64,000 nucleotides of DNA from an uncultured delta proteobacterium. GTDB taxonomy: Bacteria > Desulfobacterota > Syntrophia > Syntrophales > UBA2185. The notes beneath the pieces are model-generated. The model was given only the letters and a program-made list of their open reading frames with translations, was not told the origin of the DNA and searched no databases. The stretch covers positions 1 to 64,000 of the forward strand of contig CAVOID010000004.1 in NCBI GenBank assembly GCA_963695875.1, in the 5' to 3' direction. The position numbers and the translations under genes were made by a program. This document shows positions 38,931 to 49,711 of this stretch, piece after piece; within the stretch, counting starts at the first letter, position 1, and each line of letters opens with the position of its first letter.

Positions 38931-39460
38931 TAATACTCAACTCCTTTTTGCGCCTTAAATCCTTCTGAAAAGCCGTGCTTGACCATGCGCATTTCCGTGA
39001 CCGTGTCGGCGAGGGATATAAGACCTGCCGTGGCATTGCGGCCTGTCATGACCACGCATGTTCCGGGGCCTCCCTTAAGGACAACCTCGATGATCCTTTT
39101 CTCATCCAGGAGTTCTTTCCAGACGGCGATGCATATCTCATCGAGTATTACGAGATCGTAGCCGCCTGACAAAAGCGCCCGTTCGGCCAGATCAAGGCCT
39201 TTCTCGGCGGCCCTCCTGTGCTCCTGAAACAGCGGGTCCGTCCGTTCCGGTACAAATCCCCGCCCGGTCTGTACTATCTCGACGCCGGCGAGATGCCTGC
39301 ATGCGGCAAGCTCTCCCGTGTCGGGGTCCGATTTTACGAATTGAATGACAAGGCTCTTCATGCCGTGCCCGCTGGCGCGGAGAACCATGCCCAGGGCGGC
39401 CGTCGTCTTTCCCTTGCCGTCGCCCGTAAAGAGTATGATCCGTTTCCTGTCTTTCATCAT
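38930..39460 (-). CDS. cobO: Cob(I)yrinic acid a,c-diamide adenosyltransferase
   Basis: TGDGKGKTTAALG, QFVKS, DLVILDEI, MTGR, ADTVTEM. Confidence 0.92.
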   Translation of the reverse strand: MMKDRKRIILFTGDGKGKTTAALGMVLRASGHGMKSLVIQFVKSDPDTGELAACRHLAGVEIVQTGRGFVPERTDPLFQEHRRAAEKGLDLAERALLSGGYDLVILDEICIAVWKELLDEKRIIEVVLKGGPGTCVVMTGRNATAGLISLADTVTEMRMVKHGFSEGFKAQKGVEY

Positions 39461-39476
39461 AGATGCCTATTTCATC

Positions 39477-39745
39477 AAGTCTCCCTTTATAAAGGGAGAT
39501 TCAGAGGGATTTTACAAAGGGAAAAAAATCCCCCCGGCCCCCTTTAGAAAGGGGGTGAAAAGATGATGTTCACTTTTACTGTCATAGCGGACTTGATTCC
39601 ATTAAGTCTCCCTTTTGTAAAGGGAGATTTAGAGGGATTTTGATGATATAAAACCACCCCCCAACCCCCGCCAGCGGGGGACAACACCCCTAACCCCCGC
39701 CAGCGGGGGACAGCCCCCTGCCCCCTTTAGAAAAGGGGGTGAGTC
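39477..39745. repeat. Two further composite palindromic repeat units (39477-39558, 39601-39745)
   Basis: AGTCTCCCTTT..AAAGGGAGATT.AGAGGGATTT ... CCCCCTTTAGAAA.GGGGGTGA; the second unit has a tandem CCCCCGCCAGCGGGGGACA. Confidence 0.8.
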
Positions 39746-39818
39746 TATTTTTGCAGAAACGATAAATTGCCATTTTCACGCCTAGTAGCGCCCTGCGGTA
39801 CATTAAAGCTTTCCAAGT

Positions 39819-42410
39819 TCATCGCAAACCCATCAACCGATAGATTTCCTTCATGTTCAAGCACCTGCGGACAACATCAGCCAGCCGGTCGAAGGCAGGC
39901 TCCAGGTCATAAGCCGCCACCACCTTTCCGAGAGGGGGCAGGGCCCGGCGGACCCTCAATTTGTCGATAAACCACCGGCGGAATTCATCGGCGTCGAATA
40001 TTCCGTGAAGGTATGTACCCCACAGGAGCCCATCCTCGGATTTCACGCCGACTACTGCGCCGTCTTCACGGACAACGACGGCAGGGAGATTGATGCCGTT
40101 TGTCTGTCCATGGTGGATTTCGTAGCCCTTCACGGCGAGTCCCGAATCGACATGCCTTGCCGTGACGGATTCCAGGGTCTTCTCGATGGCCATGCTTGTC
40201 GTGACCGGCAAAAGTCCCAGCCCTTCGATGGACCTTCCTGCCGACTCGATGCCGTGAGGATCAGCAATCTCTCTGCCGAGGATTTGAAAACCGCCGCAGA
40301 TACCGACTATTTCCGTCTTTCCGTTATGGGCGAGGCCGGCGATCTTTTCTGCGAGCCCGCCTTTCTTCAAGATAATCCAGGTCGCCGATGACATTCTTGC
40401 TTCCCGGCAGGATGACGACGTCGGGATGGCCCATGTCACGGGGCTCCCGGACGATGGACAGATGCACATCAGGCTCCAGGCGGAGCGAATCGAAATCGGT
40501 AAAATTCGATATATGGGGAAGATCAATCAGCGCTATCTCTACGACGTCCCCTGCGGGACGAGTTTCTTCTTTCGGGCCGCTCTTGAACGTGACCGAGTCT
40601 TCTTCCGGCAGTCCCAGGTCCTGGAGATAGGGAACGACGCCGAAAGTCGGACGTCCCGTGTAACGCTCCACATAATTGATGGCGTCATCAAGAAGCGATT
40701 TGTCCCCCCGGAAACGGTTGATCACGAATCCCGCCACCAGCGCCCGTTCCCATTCCGCAAGGACCTCCATCGTTCCTATGAAGGACGCAAAGACTCCTCC
40801 CCGGTCGATATCACCTACCAGGATAACGGGTGATCGGGCGTACCGCGCCATGGTCATGTTCACTATGTCATGGTGCTTCAGATTGACCTCCGCGGGACTT
40901 CCCGCCCCTTCGAGAATGATAACATCATGCTCGGAGGCGAGAGAATCATACGCCTCTTTTACCGCTGTGAACGCTTCCGGCTTGTATCGGATGTATGTAT
41001 TCACGTCCATGTTTCCCACGGGCTTTCCCATCAGGATGACCTGGGCGCCCGTGTCACTGCTCGGCTTGAGGAGGATCGGGTTCATCCGCACGTCCGGGTC
41101 TATCCGGCAGGCCTGGGCCTGAACAACCTGGGCACGGCCCATCTCGCCGCCGTCCCGTGTGACATAAGAGTTCAGGGACATGTTCTGTGCCTTAAAGGGA
41201 GCAACGCTGTAACCGTCCTGGAGAAGTATCCGGCAGAAGGCTGCGGCCATTATACTCTTGCCTGCATTGGAGCTGGTTCCCTGGAGCATGACGGCGGGTT
41301 TCATCCTCCTTCCGACTGACTTTCGGGTAACACCGAGGGCATCCTGCAGAGCATGGCAGAGACGCTCATTTTCTTCTGCGGTCCTCACGGCAATACGGCA
41401 AGAACCTTGAATCCAGTCCATCGAAATTCTCGCAGACCCTGATGGCAATCCCTGTGCGGAGAAGTTTTTGCGCCAGTGTCGGGGCATTGATTTCGCTCCT
41501 GTCGATCCGGACCATAACGAAATTTGCCGCGCCCGGGTACACGTAAAGCCCGGGAATGGACTGCAATTTCTCTGCCAGTGATTTCCGCTCCGCGCCGACA
41601 TATTCCCTTGACTTTCTTGCGTATTCTGCATCTGCAAGTGCCGCTTCCCCGACCGCCTGGGCAAAAGTATTGACCGACCAGGGCGGCATAAACTTCCGGA
41701 TGCACGAGATGATAGCAGGGTCGGCAACGGCACAGCCCAATCGGAGCCCCGGAATGGCGAAGAACTTGGTAAAGGAAAGGAGGACAATCACATTAGCGGG
41801 CCGCCTCCGGGTCAGGCTGTCCATGCCTTCCACAAAATCTGCAAATGCCTCATCGATGACAAAGGTAGTTGAGCCATTCTTCAGGGCCATATCCCTCAGT
41901 TCGTCGGCATTGCAGAGGAATCCCGTCGGGTTATTGGGCTGACCGATGAAGACAAGGTCATTTCCTGTAAGTCGCGACTTCGATGGCGGATAGATCAGGC
42001 CTGAACCCGTTCTCTTCTTTCATGAAGACTTTTTCCACTGTAAGCCCGGATAACTCCGAAGCCCGCGCGTAATCGGAATAAGCAGGGACAGGAATCACCG
42101 CGCGGCTCGCTGATAGGACCCGGGGAATGAGATAGAGGAGTTCTGTAGAACCGTTTCCGGCTATGACCTCCTCTTCCGCAATTCCGTAACGGGCGGAAAT
42201 GGCTCCGGTAAGAGCTCTACAGTCCGGATCGGGATAATGGGTAAGCGAGCCGATAGCCCGGCTTATGACGGGACGGAACCATTCCGGCAGACCCAGAGGA
42301 TTGATGCTTGCGGAAAAGTCCAAAATATCCTCTGCGGCAAGACCCGCCGACAATGCCAGTTGTCTTACGTTTCCACCGTGTCTGTTTATTGGGATTGGCC
42401 CTTTCTTCAT
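39819..42410 (-). CDS. cobQ: Fused threonine-phosphate decarboxylase (CobD) / cobyric acid synthase (CobQ); frameshifted
   Basis: [14 protein letters not shown] and [14 protein letters not shown] (CobD) run into [13 protein letters not shown] and then [38 protein letters not shown] (CobQ). Confidence 0.85.
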
Positions 42411-42650
42411 TTACACGACCCCCTGAAGCAGACCAATCTCAAGATATTACGCCGCCACAGCGGGCTCACTCCTGGAAATGACACGATGGCAGCGTGGTAA
42501 AGGTATGGAGATTTCGGAATGGCCAAACCAGCGCAGAGATATAGCCTGAGCGCAACAATCCTTACTGTCCGAGATGGTGGGCTTGTGGAACAGAGTTAAA
42601 AAAGATATGGAAAGTAATGTAAACGTAACAATCCCCCCTCGAGGAACTTC

Positions 42651-42793
42651 GATGGATTGGTTTTCCGGCTTCGGGCCGCCTACTTACCCGCCTTCCCGTC
42701 ATGAACTTTTCATGACAGTGGCTATCCGGGCTTTCGTTCCCTTCACGGCTGCGGGGCAGCGGGGGATTTTAACCCCTCTTCCACACATCCATC
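42651..42793 (-). ncRNA. Cobalamin riboswitch
   Basis: Minus strand: AAGAGGGGTTAAAATCCCCCGCTGCCCCGCAGCCGTGA...GCCACTG...GGGAAGG...AAGCCGGAAAACC with GATGGAT/ATCCATC closing stem; upstream of cob genes. Confidence 0.88.
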
Positions 42794-42865
42794 TGCATGT
42801 ATTTGAATTATTATATTGACCAGTAACAAAGGTGGGTTTCTTTGTCAAGAGTTAATTGGTAGAGG

Positions 42866-43213
42866 TCAGACCTTGATGTCTATGAGCTGTTTCTCCATCT
42901 CGTCTTTCGTCTGAATAGTTTTGATATTTGCGCTGAAGTCATGCTGGGTGACAATCAGATTGACGAGTTCCTCTGCAAGGTTAACGTTTGATGATTCCTG
43001 GTTTACGCCTTTTTCATCGGGAGGCAAAATGTCACCGGGTGTATCGACCTGGCTGATGGAGACCTTGACACCCGAAGGATAGACATCTTCCATTTCTGCC
43101 CGGCTCTTTTTGAAATTATTCGTCTCGGAATTGGCAATATTGTTGGCTGTAACATCCATTTTTCGGGATAATGCCCGTAAAGCAGAGAGAGCTGTATTAA
43201 ATGCTTCTGACAT
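42866..43213 (-). CDS. Short flagellar basal-body rod (FlgB/C-like) domain protein
   Basis: ALSALRA..MDVTANNIANSET and SNVNLAEELVNLI motifs. Confidence 0.8.
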   Translation of the reverse strand: MSEAFNTALSALRALSRKMDVTANNIANSETNNFKKSRAEMEDVYPSGVKVSISQVDTPGDILPPDEKGVNQESSNVNLAEELVNLIVTQHDFSANIKTIQTKDEMEKQLIDIKV

Positions 43214-43304
43214 AGTTTCACCTCCTTATCGTATTACTTTGTTATATAATCGGCTTCCTGGAGGAAAAACTTTAATCTTTTTTAAATAATTCTGCCCCTT
43301 TGGC

Positions 43305-44174
43305 TTATCCGAACCAGCCTATCAAAAAAACACCCGTTATCATGATGATAGCCCCTGCCAATCTCTCCATGATTTTTTCCTCCTTAAACAATAATGCGCC
43401 GTAGACTACTCCGAATAAGAGGCTCATCCGTTTCAGGGATATCATGTAGGCGACATTTGTCAGCGAAATAGCCAGCATATGGCTGAAGATCTCCACGGCT
43501 ACAATTGCGCCAAGGATCAGACCGATCAACGGTTTTTTTATCAGATTTTTTCGAGAACCGGCATTCACTGCTGAGGGAAGAAAAAGGACCATTAACGCTG
43601 TGAGGGCAACGTTATAAATAATGCCGAAAAAATAGGGATTGGAATGAATGATGGCAAGTTTGCCGATAGTTGAGGTGAAGGCATATATGAAAGAAACCAA
43701 TAGCATCAGGCGTGATCCCGGTTCTCTGAAAATAGCCATCAAGGGGCCCGCGAGTCCGTACCTGGTATGGGAAAGATTGAGAGAGTATGCTCCGGCCATT
43801 ATCAGAATTATTCCCCAGAGGCCGCCGGTACTGATTTTTTCACCTAATATTATCCAGCCTGTTAAGATGATGAATCCGGGTGTAAAGGCCAGAAAGGGCA
43901 CGGTCAGAGACAGGGGTGAAACCTTAAGGGCTTTCATGTAGCAATAGAAGGCCAATGCCTCCAGGGGCAAACCGGTAAGCATACAGAGCCAGAATGTCGA
44001 ATCCGGGATTACTAAGGGGATAAAGAAGAGAGATGTCAGCATCCAGGGCAGAGTATAGCCCAGCCTGATAAGCCCCATCATATATGGGGATTGATCACTG
44101 AAAAATTTCTTTGTTAATGCATCGGATGTGGCGAGGGTGAAAGCGGCGAGCAAGGAAAGAAAAAACCAGGACAC
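43305..44174 (-). CDS. EamA/DMT family transporter
   Basis: About ten TM helices in two repeats; ALKVSPLSLTVP, ILGEKIS, LFKEE. Confidence 0.85.
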   Translation of the reverse strand: MSWFFLSLLAAFTLATSDALTKKFFSDQSPYMMGLIRLGYTLPWMLTSLFFIPLVIPDSTFWLCMLTGLPLEALAFYCYMKALKVSPLSLTVPFLAFTPGFIILTGWIILGEKISTGGLWGIILIMAGAYSLNLSHTRYGLAGPLMAIFREPGSRLMLLVSFIYAFTSTIGKLAIIHSNPYFFGIIYNVALTALMVLFLPSAVNAGSRKNLIKKPLIGLILGAIVAVEIFSHMLAISLTNVAYMISLKRMSLLFGVVYGALLFKEEKIMERLAGAIIMITGVFLIGWFG

Positions 44175-44183
44175 AGGGTTGCA

Positions 44184-44999
44184 TCACTTTCTATTTGACG
44201 TGTCCAAGTTCACCTCTCGCGAAAGACTTCCAGGCTGCTCGCTCCCTGTAACGTGAAGTTTTACCTTCCGATAATGGTACTGCGGTTGTACCCACTTATT
44301 CGTACTTCCATCATAAAACCACTTATCGGGGAAGCCACGGCGCTTTTTATAAGTGGGTTTCCTGGCCCAGATGATCAACTCTTTGTAGGCCTCATGAATT
44401 TTTCTGAATGTCGCGGCATCGCCTCCGATATCGGGATGGTGTATCTTTGCCTGGCGCCGATAGGCGTTTTTTATGCTGTTTTGTAATTCAGCGGCGCTCA
44501 ACTCTGATTTGTCAAGCTTTAGATGGGATAAGTGCGTTGCCTTAATGGAAGGAACTTTTACCATTGTCGGTTTGACGGAAAGTACCGGCGCGTTATTCCT
44601 GACGGCTTGCGAAAGTACATGAAATGAGGCCATGTATCGTTTGTTTGTTCGTTTTCTTTCCGCCCACCAGATATTGCCTAACATGTCGGCCATCTTGCTG
44701 AAATCTTCCGCAGGTTTTCTGCCGGGAGATCGTGGATAGAAAAAGCTGAATATCTCCTCCGATCCATAGGGGAGCATGTCCATTATTATCATGACATCGG
44801 AAAAATAAAATGTCGCGTACTTCGCATTCAGTGCTTTTATTAAACCGGTTCTCACCTCTAACTTATAATGGAGCCGTTTTCTGCATTCCAGGGAACAGTA
44901 CCTGCGCCTGCCGCTATTTACAATGGTACCGCAGGCAAGACATCTGCCTTTTTTCCTGCCGTTTGGATCGATTATATTTCGGATTATTAATTGTTTCAT
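44184..44999 (-). CDS. J-domain (DnaJ-like) protein with N-terminal Cys motif
   Basis: CLACG..RRYCSLEC N-terminus; IKNAYRRQAKIHHPDIGGD..FRKIHEAY. Confidence 0.8.
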   Translation of the reverse strand: MKQLIIRNIIDPNGRKKGRCLACGTIVNSGRRRYCSLECRKRLHYKLEVRTGLIKALNAKYATFYFSDVMIIMDMLPYGSEEIFSFFYPRSPGRKPAEDFSKMADMLGNIWWAERKRTNKRYMASFHVLSQAVRNNAPVLSVKPTMVKVPSIKATHLSHLKLDKSELSAAELQNSIKNAYRRQAKIHHPDIGGDAATFRKIHEAYKELIIWARKPTYKKRRGFPDKWFYDGSTNKWVQPQYHYRKVKLHVTGSEQPGSLSREVNLDTSNRK

Positions 45000-45159
45000 A
45001 ACGCCATAAGAGACAGTAAAATATACACTATCAAATATTACAGAATGAAATCAAAGTCAATCGCATTCAACATTTCACCTTGCCTGAATCTGGATTATTA
45101 TAATATAAGGATTTGAAAACAGGGGCGGTTGTCTCTGTCTTTCCATCGTGGGTGATTGT

Positions 45160-45873
45160 ATGAAGATAGCGTGGATATTTATCTGCTTTAGTGTTTTATC
45201 AGGCATATTTCCGTCCGCTGCCCTGTCGGATGTTATTGTCTATGATGTTGTGGCACTGAAGGGCCAGGAAGTTATGCTCAAAGCCGAGACGCGGGGAACA
45301 TTACTCAGCAAAAGCGGAGAGGTCGTGGAGTTCATTGTTAATGGAAAGTCCTATAGGGAAGAACCTTTCCGGCATAGATGGATTTGCAGTCAAACGGTTT
45401 GTCCCGGTAAGAAGCAGGTCTGAATAAAATACTCGTGAAGTCCGGAGATGACAAAGATAGCGGGGTGCTTCTGGCGCTGGACAGGAAAGCGAAGATTGTT
45501 TTTATTGATGTGGAAGGATCCTTGTTGGAGGGACCAGTTTGTGGTAATAGCAAAACCCGGGAGCAGGAAGGCCGTAGAAAAAATCTGTAAAAGATTTCCG
45601 ATAGTTTTTCTCCAGAAAGGCTTTTTAAATGTGAAAGCTATCAGATCATGGCTGAAGAAAAATGACTTTCCCGATGCGCCTGTACTGCCATGGAGTCGGG
45701 GTGAAGTATTCGATGAACTCAAAGAAAAGGATTTGAAGATTAAGGCAATCATCGGGGGGCCGGAGGTGATTGCATCGGCAGAGTCTTATAAACCGCGCGC
45801 CTTCAGTTTTGATTCAGTGGAGGATGCGGAAGTCGTTGAAAACTGGGAGGAGATAGAAAAAAAGTTAAAATGA
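45160..45873 (+). CDS. Secreted hypothetical protein (HAD-like C-terminal part); frameshifted
   Basis: Signal peptide, IVFIDVEG-like motif across frameshifts, ORFs 45148-45423 and 45448-45873. Confidence 0.55.
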
Positions 45874-45979
45874 CCGGGAGCACATCCCGCAAGCCCCGCC
45901 TTGTAGGCGGGGATAAGGGGTGCAATGTAAGCATAGTTTCCTTTCCGGGAAGCCCCGGCCTGTGGGCGGGGAGCTTCAC
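45871..45979 (+). mobile_element. Non-autonomous IS200/IS605-type mini-element (two subterminal hairpins)
   Basis: AAGCCCCGCCTTGTAGGCGGGG and AAGCCCCGGCCTGTGGGCGGGGAGCTTCAC; ends in TCAC; no ORF. Confidence 0.55.
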
Positions 45980-46630
45980 ATTTTCTCGATGGCTGTCCTC
46001 AGGCTGCGTACCTTGGCGCCAATATCCGCAGCTCCCACGATCTCTGTAACCAGGGCGATACATCCGGCACCCCGGCGATATACGTCAGCGATATTATGCT
46101 CTTTAATCCCGCCTATGGCCACAAACGGCAGCCTGATATTTCTTACAACATATTGGAGGTATTCCAAGCCCACCGGGTCGCATGCGTCTTTCTTGGTGTT
46201 CGTCGCAAAGATGGGACCGACCCCTATATAATCAACGCCCAGCCTCACAGCAGCCTCGGCCTGGGCGGGAGAATGAGTGGAAAGGCCGATGAACATTTTT
46301 CCCTCCTACCAGTTCTCTTACCGCCTCCGCGGGCAGGTCATCCTGACCCAGGTGCAACCCGTCCGCATTCACCAGCAAAGCCAGGTCGACATGGTCGTTG
46401 ACGATGAAGGTAACGCCGGCCTCTCTGGTCATCTCCCTGATTTTCAGGCATTCTTGATATTTCTGACGGTCGCTCTTTTCTTTCTCGCGGTATTGAATAA
46501 CCCTTATCCCGGCTTCAATCATCCGCGCCGCCACTTCGATGTTGCTCCTACCCAGGGAGTATTCCTCTGCCGTGATCCCGTATATGTCCGTGTTCAGCGG
46601 TCCGTCCGGCCTTCGTTTAACTGCAATCAT
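45976..46630 (-). CDS. thiE: Thiamine phosphate synthase; frameshifted
   Basis: IQYREK, FIVNDHVDLAL, GLHLGQDD, GLSTHS, DYIGVGPIFATNTK, VAIGGI. Confidence 0.92.
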
Positions 46631-46670
46631 ATTTTTTCCATCCTGCAAGACTTAATACGAAAATAATTTT

Positions 46671-46786
46671 ACTCACCCCTTTTTCTAAAGGGGACAGGGT
46701 GTTGTCCCCCGCTGGCGGGGGTAAGGGGGTGGTTTTATATCATCAAAAATCCCTCTGAATCTCCCTTTATAAAAGGGAGACTTAAT
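46671..46786. repeat. Inverted near-copy of the 39601-39745 composite repeat
   Basis: Its reverse complement aligns by eye to 39601-39745, lacking one tandem CCCCCGCCAGCGGGGGACA unit. Confidence 0.85.
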
Positions 46787-46987
46787 TGGTATTCATGGTT
46801 CCTCGTTCCCACAGAGACAAGCTTCATACCTTTGTGGTACCCTACAGGGCGTGGGAATTAGTAGGACAAGTAAACATATCAAAGTATGTCGTGTTGTCAT
46901 TCCCATGGAGGCGGGAATTGTATCTACTTTAAGGATTTCTCAGTCAATCCATTTCTTAGAAATGACACCCTTTGTTAGCATGTTGGT

Positions 46988-48100
46988 CTAGGCACCATCA
47001 GACAAAATCTGCCAGTCCTTGTACACCGGCTGGTAACCCTGGGAGTAGAGCATCTCTGCCATCTCGGGTACGCTCCGCCTGTCTGATATCTCAAATTGAC
47101 CGGTAGAATAATATTCCGACCGGCCGCCCACTGCGGTGCAGGAGCCGGCAGACATCTTGGTGGCTCCAAGTTTGATCAGGTGATCCCGCAGTTCGGAACG
47201 CTCCCTGGTGGAGATGGTGATGCCGCCCCTGGGCATGAAAAGTCTGAACGCCAGTACGTACTGTACCAGGTTTTTGTCACTCACTTCGACCCGGGGCTGG
47301 AATCCGCCGAGGTGCGGACGTATTCTGGGTGGAGAGATGCTAACCTCAACTTCCGGGAACATGTTCTGGAGGTAGTCGGCATGCAGTCCGGTAAAGAAGG
47401 CCTCGGTTCGCCACTGGTTCAACCCCAGCAGGGCTCCCACGTTGACTGTCCGAATGCCCGCCCGGCATGCGCGTTCCGGGGCTTCGAGGCGAAAACGGTA
47501 GTTTCGCTTCGGGCCGGCCGGGTGCATCAGTGCGTATATGTCCTCGTCATAGACCTCCTGATAGACCGTTAATCCATCCACTCCCGCGGATATCAACTCG
47601 ACATACTCGCTTTCAGTGAGCGGGTATATTTCAATGCTGATGGAGGTAAAATATTTCTTCAAGATCTCGACACACTCCCTGATATATGAAACGGGTGAAT
47701 CCTGCCTTGACTCCCCGGTGAGAATAAGGACGTGTTTTAGACCGGTGGCCGCTATAATCTCAGCCTCTTTCTCCACCTCAGCAGGAGTCAGTTTTTTTCT
47801 TTCCAGCTTGTTATTGACCTGAAATCCGCAGTACACGCAATGGTTGACGCAGTAGTTGGAAAGATAGAGTGGTGTATAAAGAAGGATCACCCTGCCGAAG
47901 TGCTGGACCGTAAGGCGGTGGGCCCTCTGTGCCATCTCCTCTAAGCAGTCTTCTGCGGCAGGGGAGAGCAGAGCCAGGTAATCCCGCTCGTTAAGCCGAT
48001 CGCCGGCAATTATTTTTTCAATATCGGTACCGGCAACCCGCTTTAAAAAACCATCAAAATCGAATGTGCCGTACCTCTGAATTTCTTCATAAAAGCTCAT
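46988..48100 (-). CDS. thiH: 2-iminoacetate synthase (radical SAM)
   Basis: [53 protein letters not shown]. Confidence 0.93.
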   Translation of the reverse strand: MSFYEEIQRYGTFDFDGFLKRVAGTDIEKIIAGDRLNERDYLALLSPAAEDCLEEMAQRAHRLTVQHFGRVILLYTPLYLSNYCVNHCVYCGFQVNNKLERKKLTPAEVEKEAEIIAATGLKHVLILTGESRQDSPVSYIRECVEILKKYFTSISIEIYPLTESEYVELISAGVDGLTVYQEVYDEDIYALMHPAGPKRNYRFRLEAPERACRAGIRTVNVGALLGLNQWRTEAFFTGLHADYLQNMFPEVEVSISPPRIRPHLGGFQPRVEVSDKNLVQYVLAFRLFMPRGGITISTRERSELRDHLIKLGATKMSAGSCTAVGGRSEYYSTGQFEISDRRSVPEMAEMLYSQGYQPVYKDWQILSDGA

Positions 48101-48233
48101 GATACCTGTTATCGGTGATTACTTCGATCTTTACCCAGTTGCCGCAGCCGGCCGCCCTGGCCAGTCTGGCGATGCGGATTGCTTCCTCGGCATTCCTAGC
48201 TCCGGAGGTATTGGGCATCAGGATACAGTCCTG
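48101..48233 (-). pseudogene. thiG: Internal fragment of thiazole synthase
   Basis: Manual translation [43 protein letters not shown], joined directly to the thiH ATG. Confidence 0.8.
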
Positions 48234-48277
48234 TTTAAATCAAACGGCAGCTCAGCTTCTGCTTCCCTCGCTGGGAA

Positions 48278-48835
48278 TTGACCTTCGAAAAAACTGAACA
48301 TACGATTGAAGAGGCGTCTTATGATAATGGAGCCTTCATTGAAGCCGAACAGGACCTTATTATTGAAGAGACGAGACTCTCCTGCGTCCATTTTATGCTG
48401 CTTTGCCTGAAGCGGGAACACCGTCTGGCCGTTATTTTGGGAGAAATCTGCAAGGTCGACAGCATAGAAGGCGGCAAGATTATGGGGCTTACACCTGCGG
48501 CCTTTCGTCAACGGCTTTCCCGTGGGCGAAAACAGCTATTGCATCACATGGCTAAGGACTGTAGCCTGGTCAATCCGGCCAACCCCTGTCATTGCGCAAA
48601 GCTGGCTGCTCACCATGTGAAAAAAAAGCACATCGATCCCCAAAATCTGCTTTTTGCCACACACCCTTGTCATGCCCCGCGAAACAGCGATACGGACTAT
48701 CTATTGAAGGAACTGGATCAACTGGAACGCGCGGCCGTAATTATTCGCAATCACCCCGACTACGCCGCGCCGGAGATCTTCGTGAAATCTATGAAAAGTC
48801 TGATCGATTCGAGTACATTCCAACTTCTTAAGTGA
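48278..48835 (+). pseudogene. C-terminal part of an ECF-type sigma-70 factor with Cys-rich extension (5'-truncated)
   Basis: MLLCLKREHRLAVILG..EGGKIMGLTPAAFRQRLSRGRKQL region-4 pattern; CSLVNPANPCHC; region 2 is absent. Confidence 0.7.
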
Positions 48836-48856
48836 TAATCAGAAAGGAGGTATATT

Positions 48857-49288
48857 ATGATGAAGATCGATGAATCGACCCGGAATATTATCCAGAAACA
48901 TTTTGATTATACGGATGAGGAAATGAAGGTTTTTATGGAAAATCCAAGAAATGAGGATGTCCTCTCAAAAGCTCCCGTACTCATGAACAAAACGATTATC
49001 CTGGAAGTTGTGGAGTCACACGGTTGCAACAGCCAGCATAAAATCGGCGACAAATTCTATTTTGATGGAGCAGGGAACCTCATCACCAAATTGTCTCCCA
49101 AGAGAATCTGTATTTATGCTCTGAGTTCCGTAGCCAATCTTATTTTCACTTCAAATGAGCTGCTCTATGCGGGTGCCAATCCGAATGAGATGCGATTCAA
49201 GAGAACGGGCTGTTTTGATGTAGGCGTGAAATGCGGCGGTTGGGGTCGCATTGTCATGGAGATCAAGGTAGAAGACAGGCAGAAGTGA
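48857..49288 (+). CDS. Conserved hypothetical Cys-containing protein (TIGR04076-like)
   Basis: AGGAGG RBS; EVVESHGCNSQHKIGDKF...IC...GCFDVG..CGGWG. Confidence 0.65.
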   Translation: MMKIDESTRNIIQKHFDYTDEEMKVFMENPRNEDVLSKAPVLMNKTIILEVVESHGCNSQHKIGDKFYFDGAGNLITKLSPKRICIYALSSVANLIFTSNELLYAGANPNEMRFKRTGCFDVGVKCGGWGRIVMEIKVEDRQK

Positions 49289-49312
49289 ATCCCTCGGAAC
49301 AAGAAGGGGAAC

Positions 49313-49486
49313 ATGAAAAGTGTGAAAAAAATATTGTTAGAATATGAAAATGCCGACACGTATGAAAGAACACTATTGTTTTTAGCACACCGTGATCTCA
49401 GGGATGTTTTTATGGAGATTGAACTCAAAGGCTATCAGCTGTTCCTTATACAAAACTCTACTTTTCAGTGTCATTCCCGCCTTTGA
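49313..49486 (+). CDS. Small hypothetical protein (57 aa)
   Basis: AAGGGG RBS; MKSVKKILLEYENADTYERTLLFLAHRDLRDVFMEIE... Confidence 0.45.
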   Translation: MKSVKKILLEYENADTYERTLLFLAHRDLRDVFMEIELKGYQLFLIQNSTFQCHSRL

Positions 49487-49711
49487 CACGCATGCAATAT
49501 GAACCGCACCTATGTTCACTGCTGACTTTGTCCAGAGTTGAATGCTTTTTTATTGAAGTCGAGGTTTGCGGCTGGCGAGCTTGTGTAGCAGCTTTCATCC
49601 CGTTATGCTCAAGAGCGAGCAATGAAAAAATGAAATACGCCAGCTTAGTGGCGACACCTACTTATCAATAACTGGCCATGACTGACGGTATCGCAGATTA
49701 ACGAAGGAAAG

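Noticed and set aside
38854..39745. Possible CRISPR array
   Set aside because: The repeats are irregular, inverted and vary in length, with no unique equal-length spacers and no cas genes
48100..48280. TPP riboswitch upstream of the thi genes
   Set aside because: No aptamer motif is seen, and the operon's 5' end is lost at a junction
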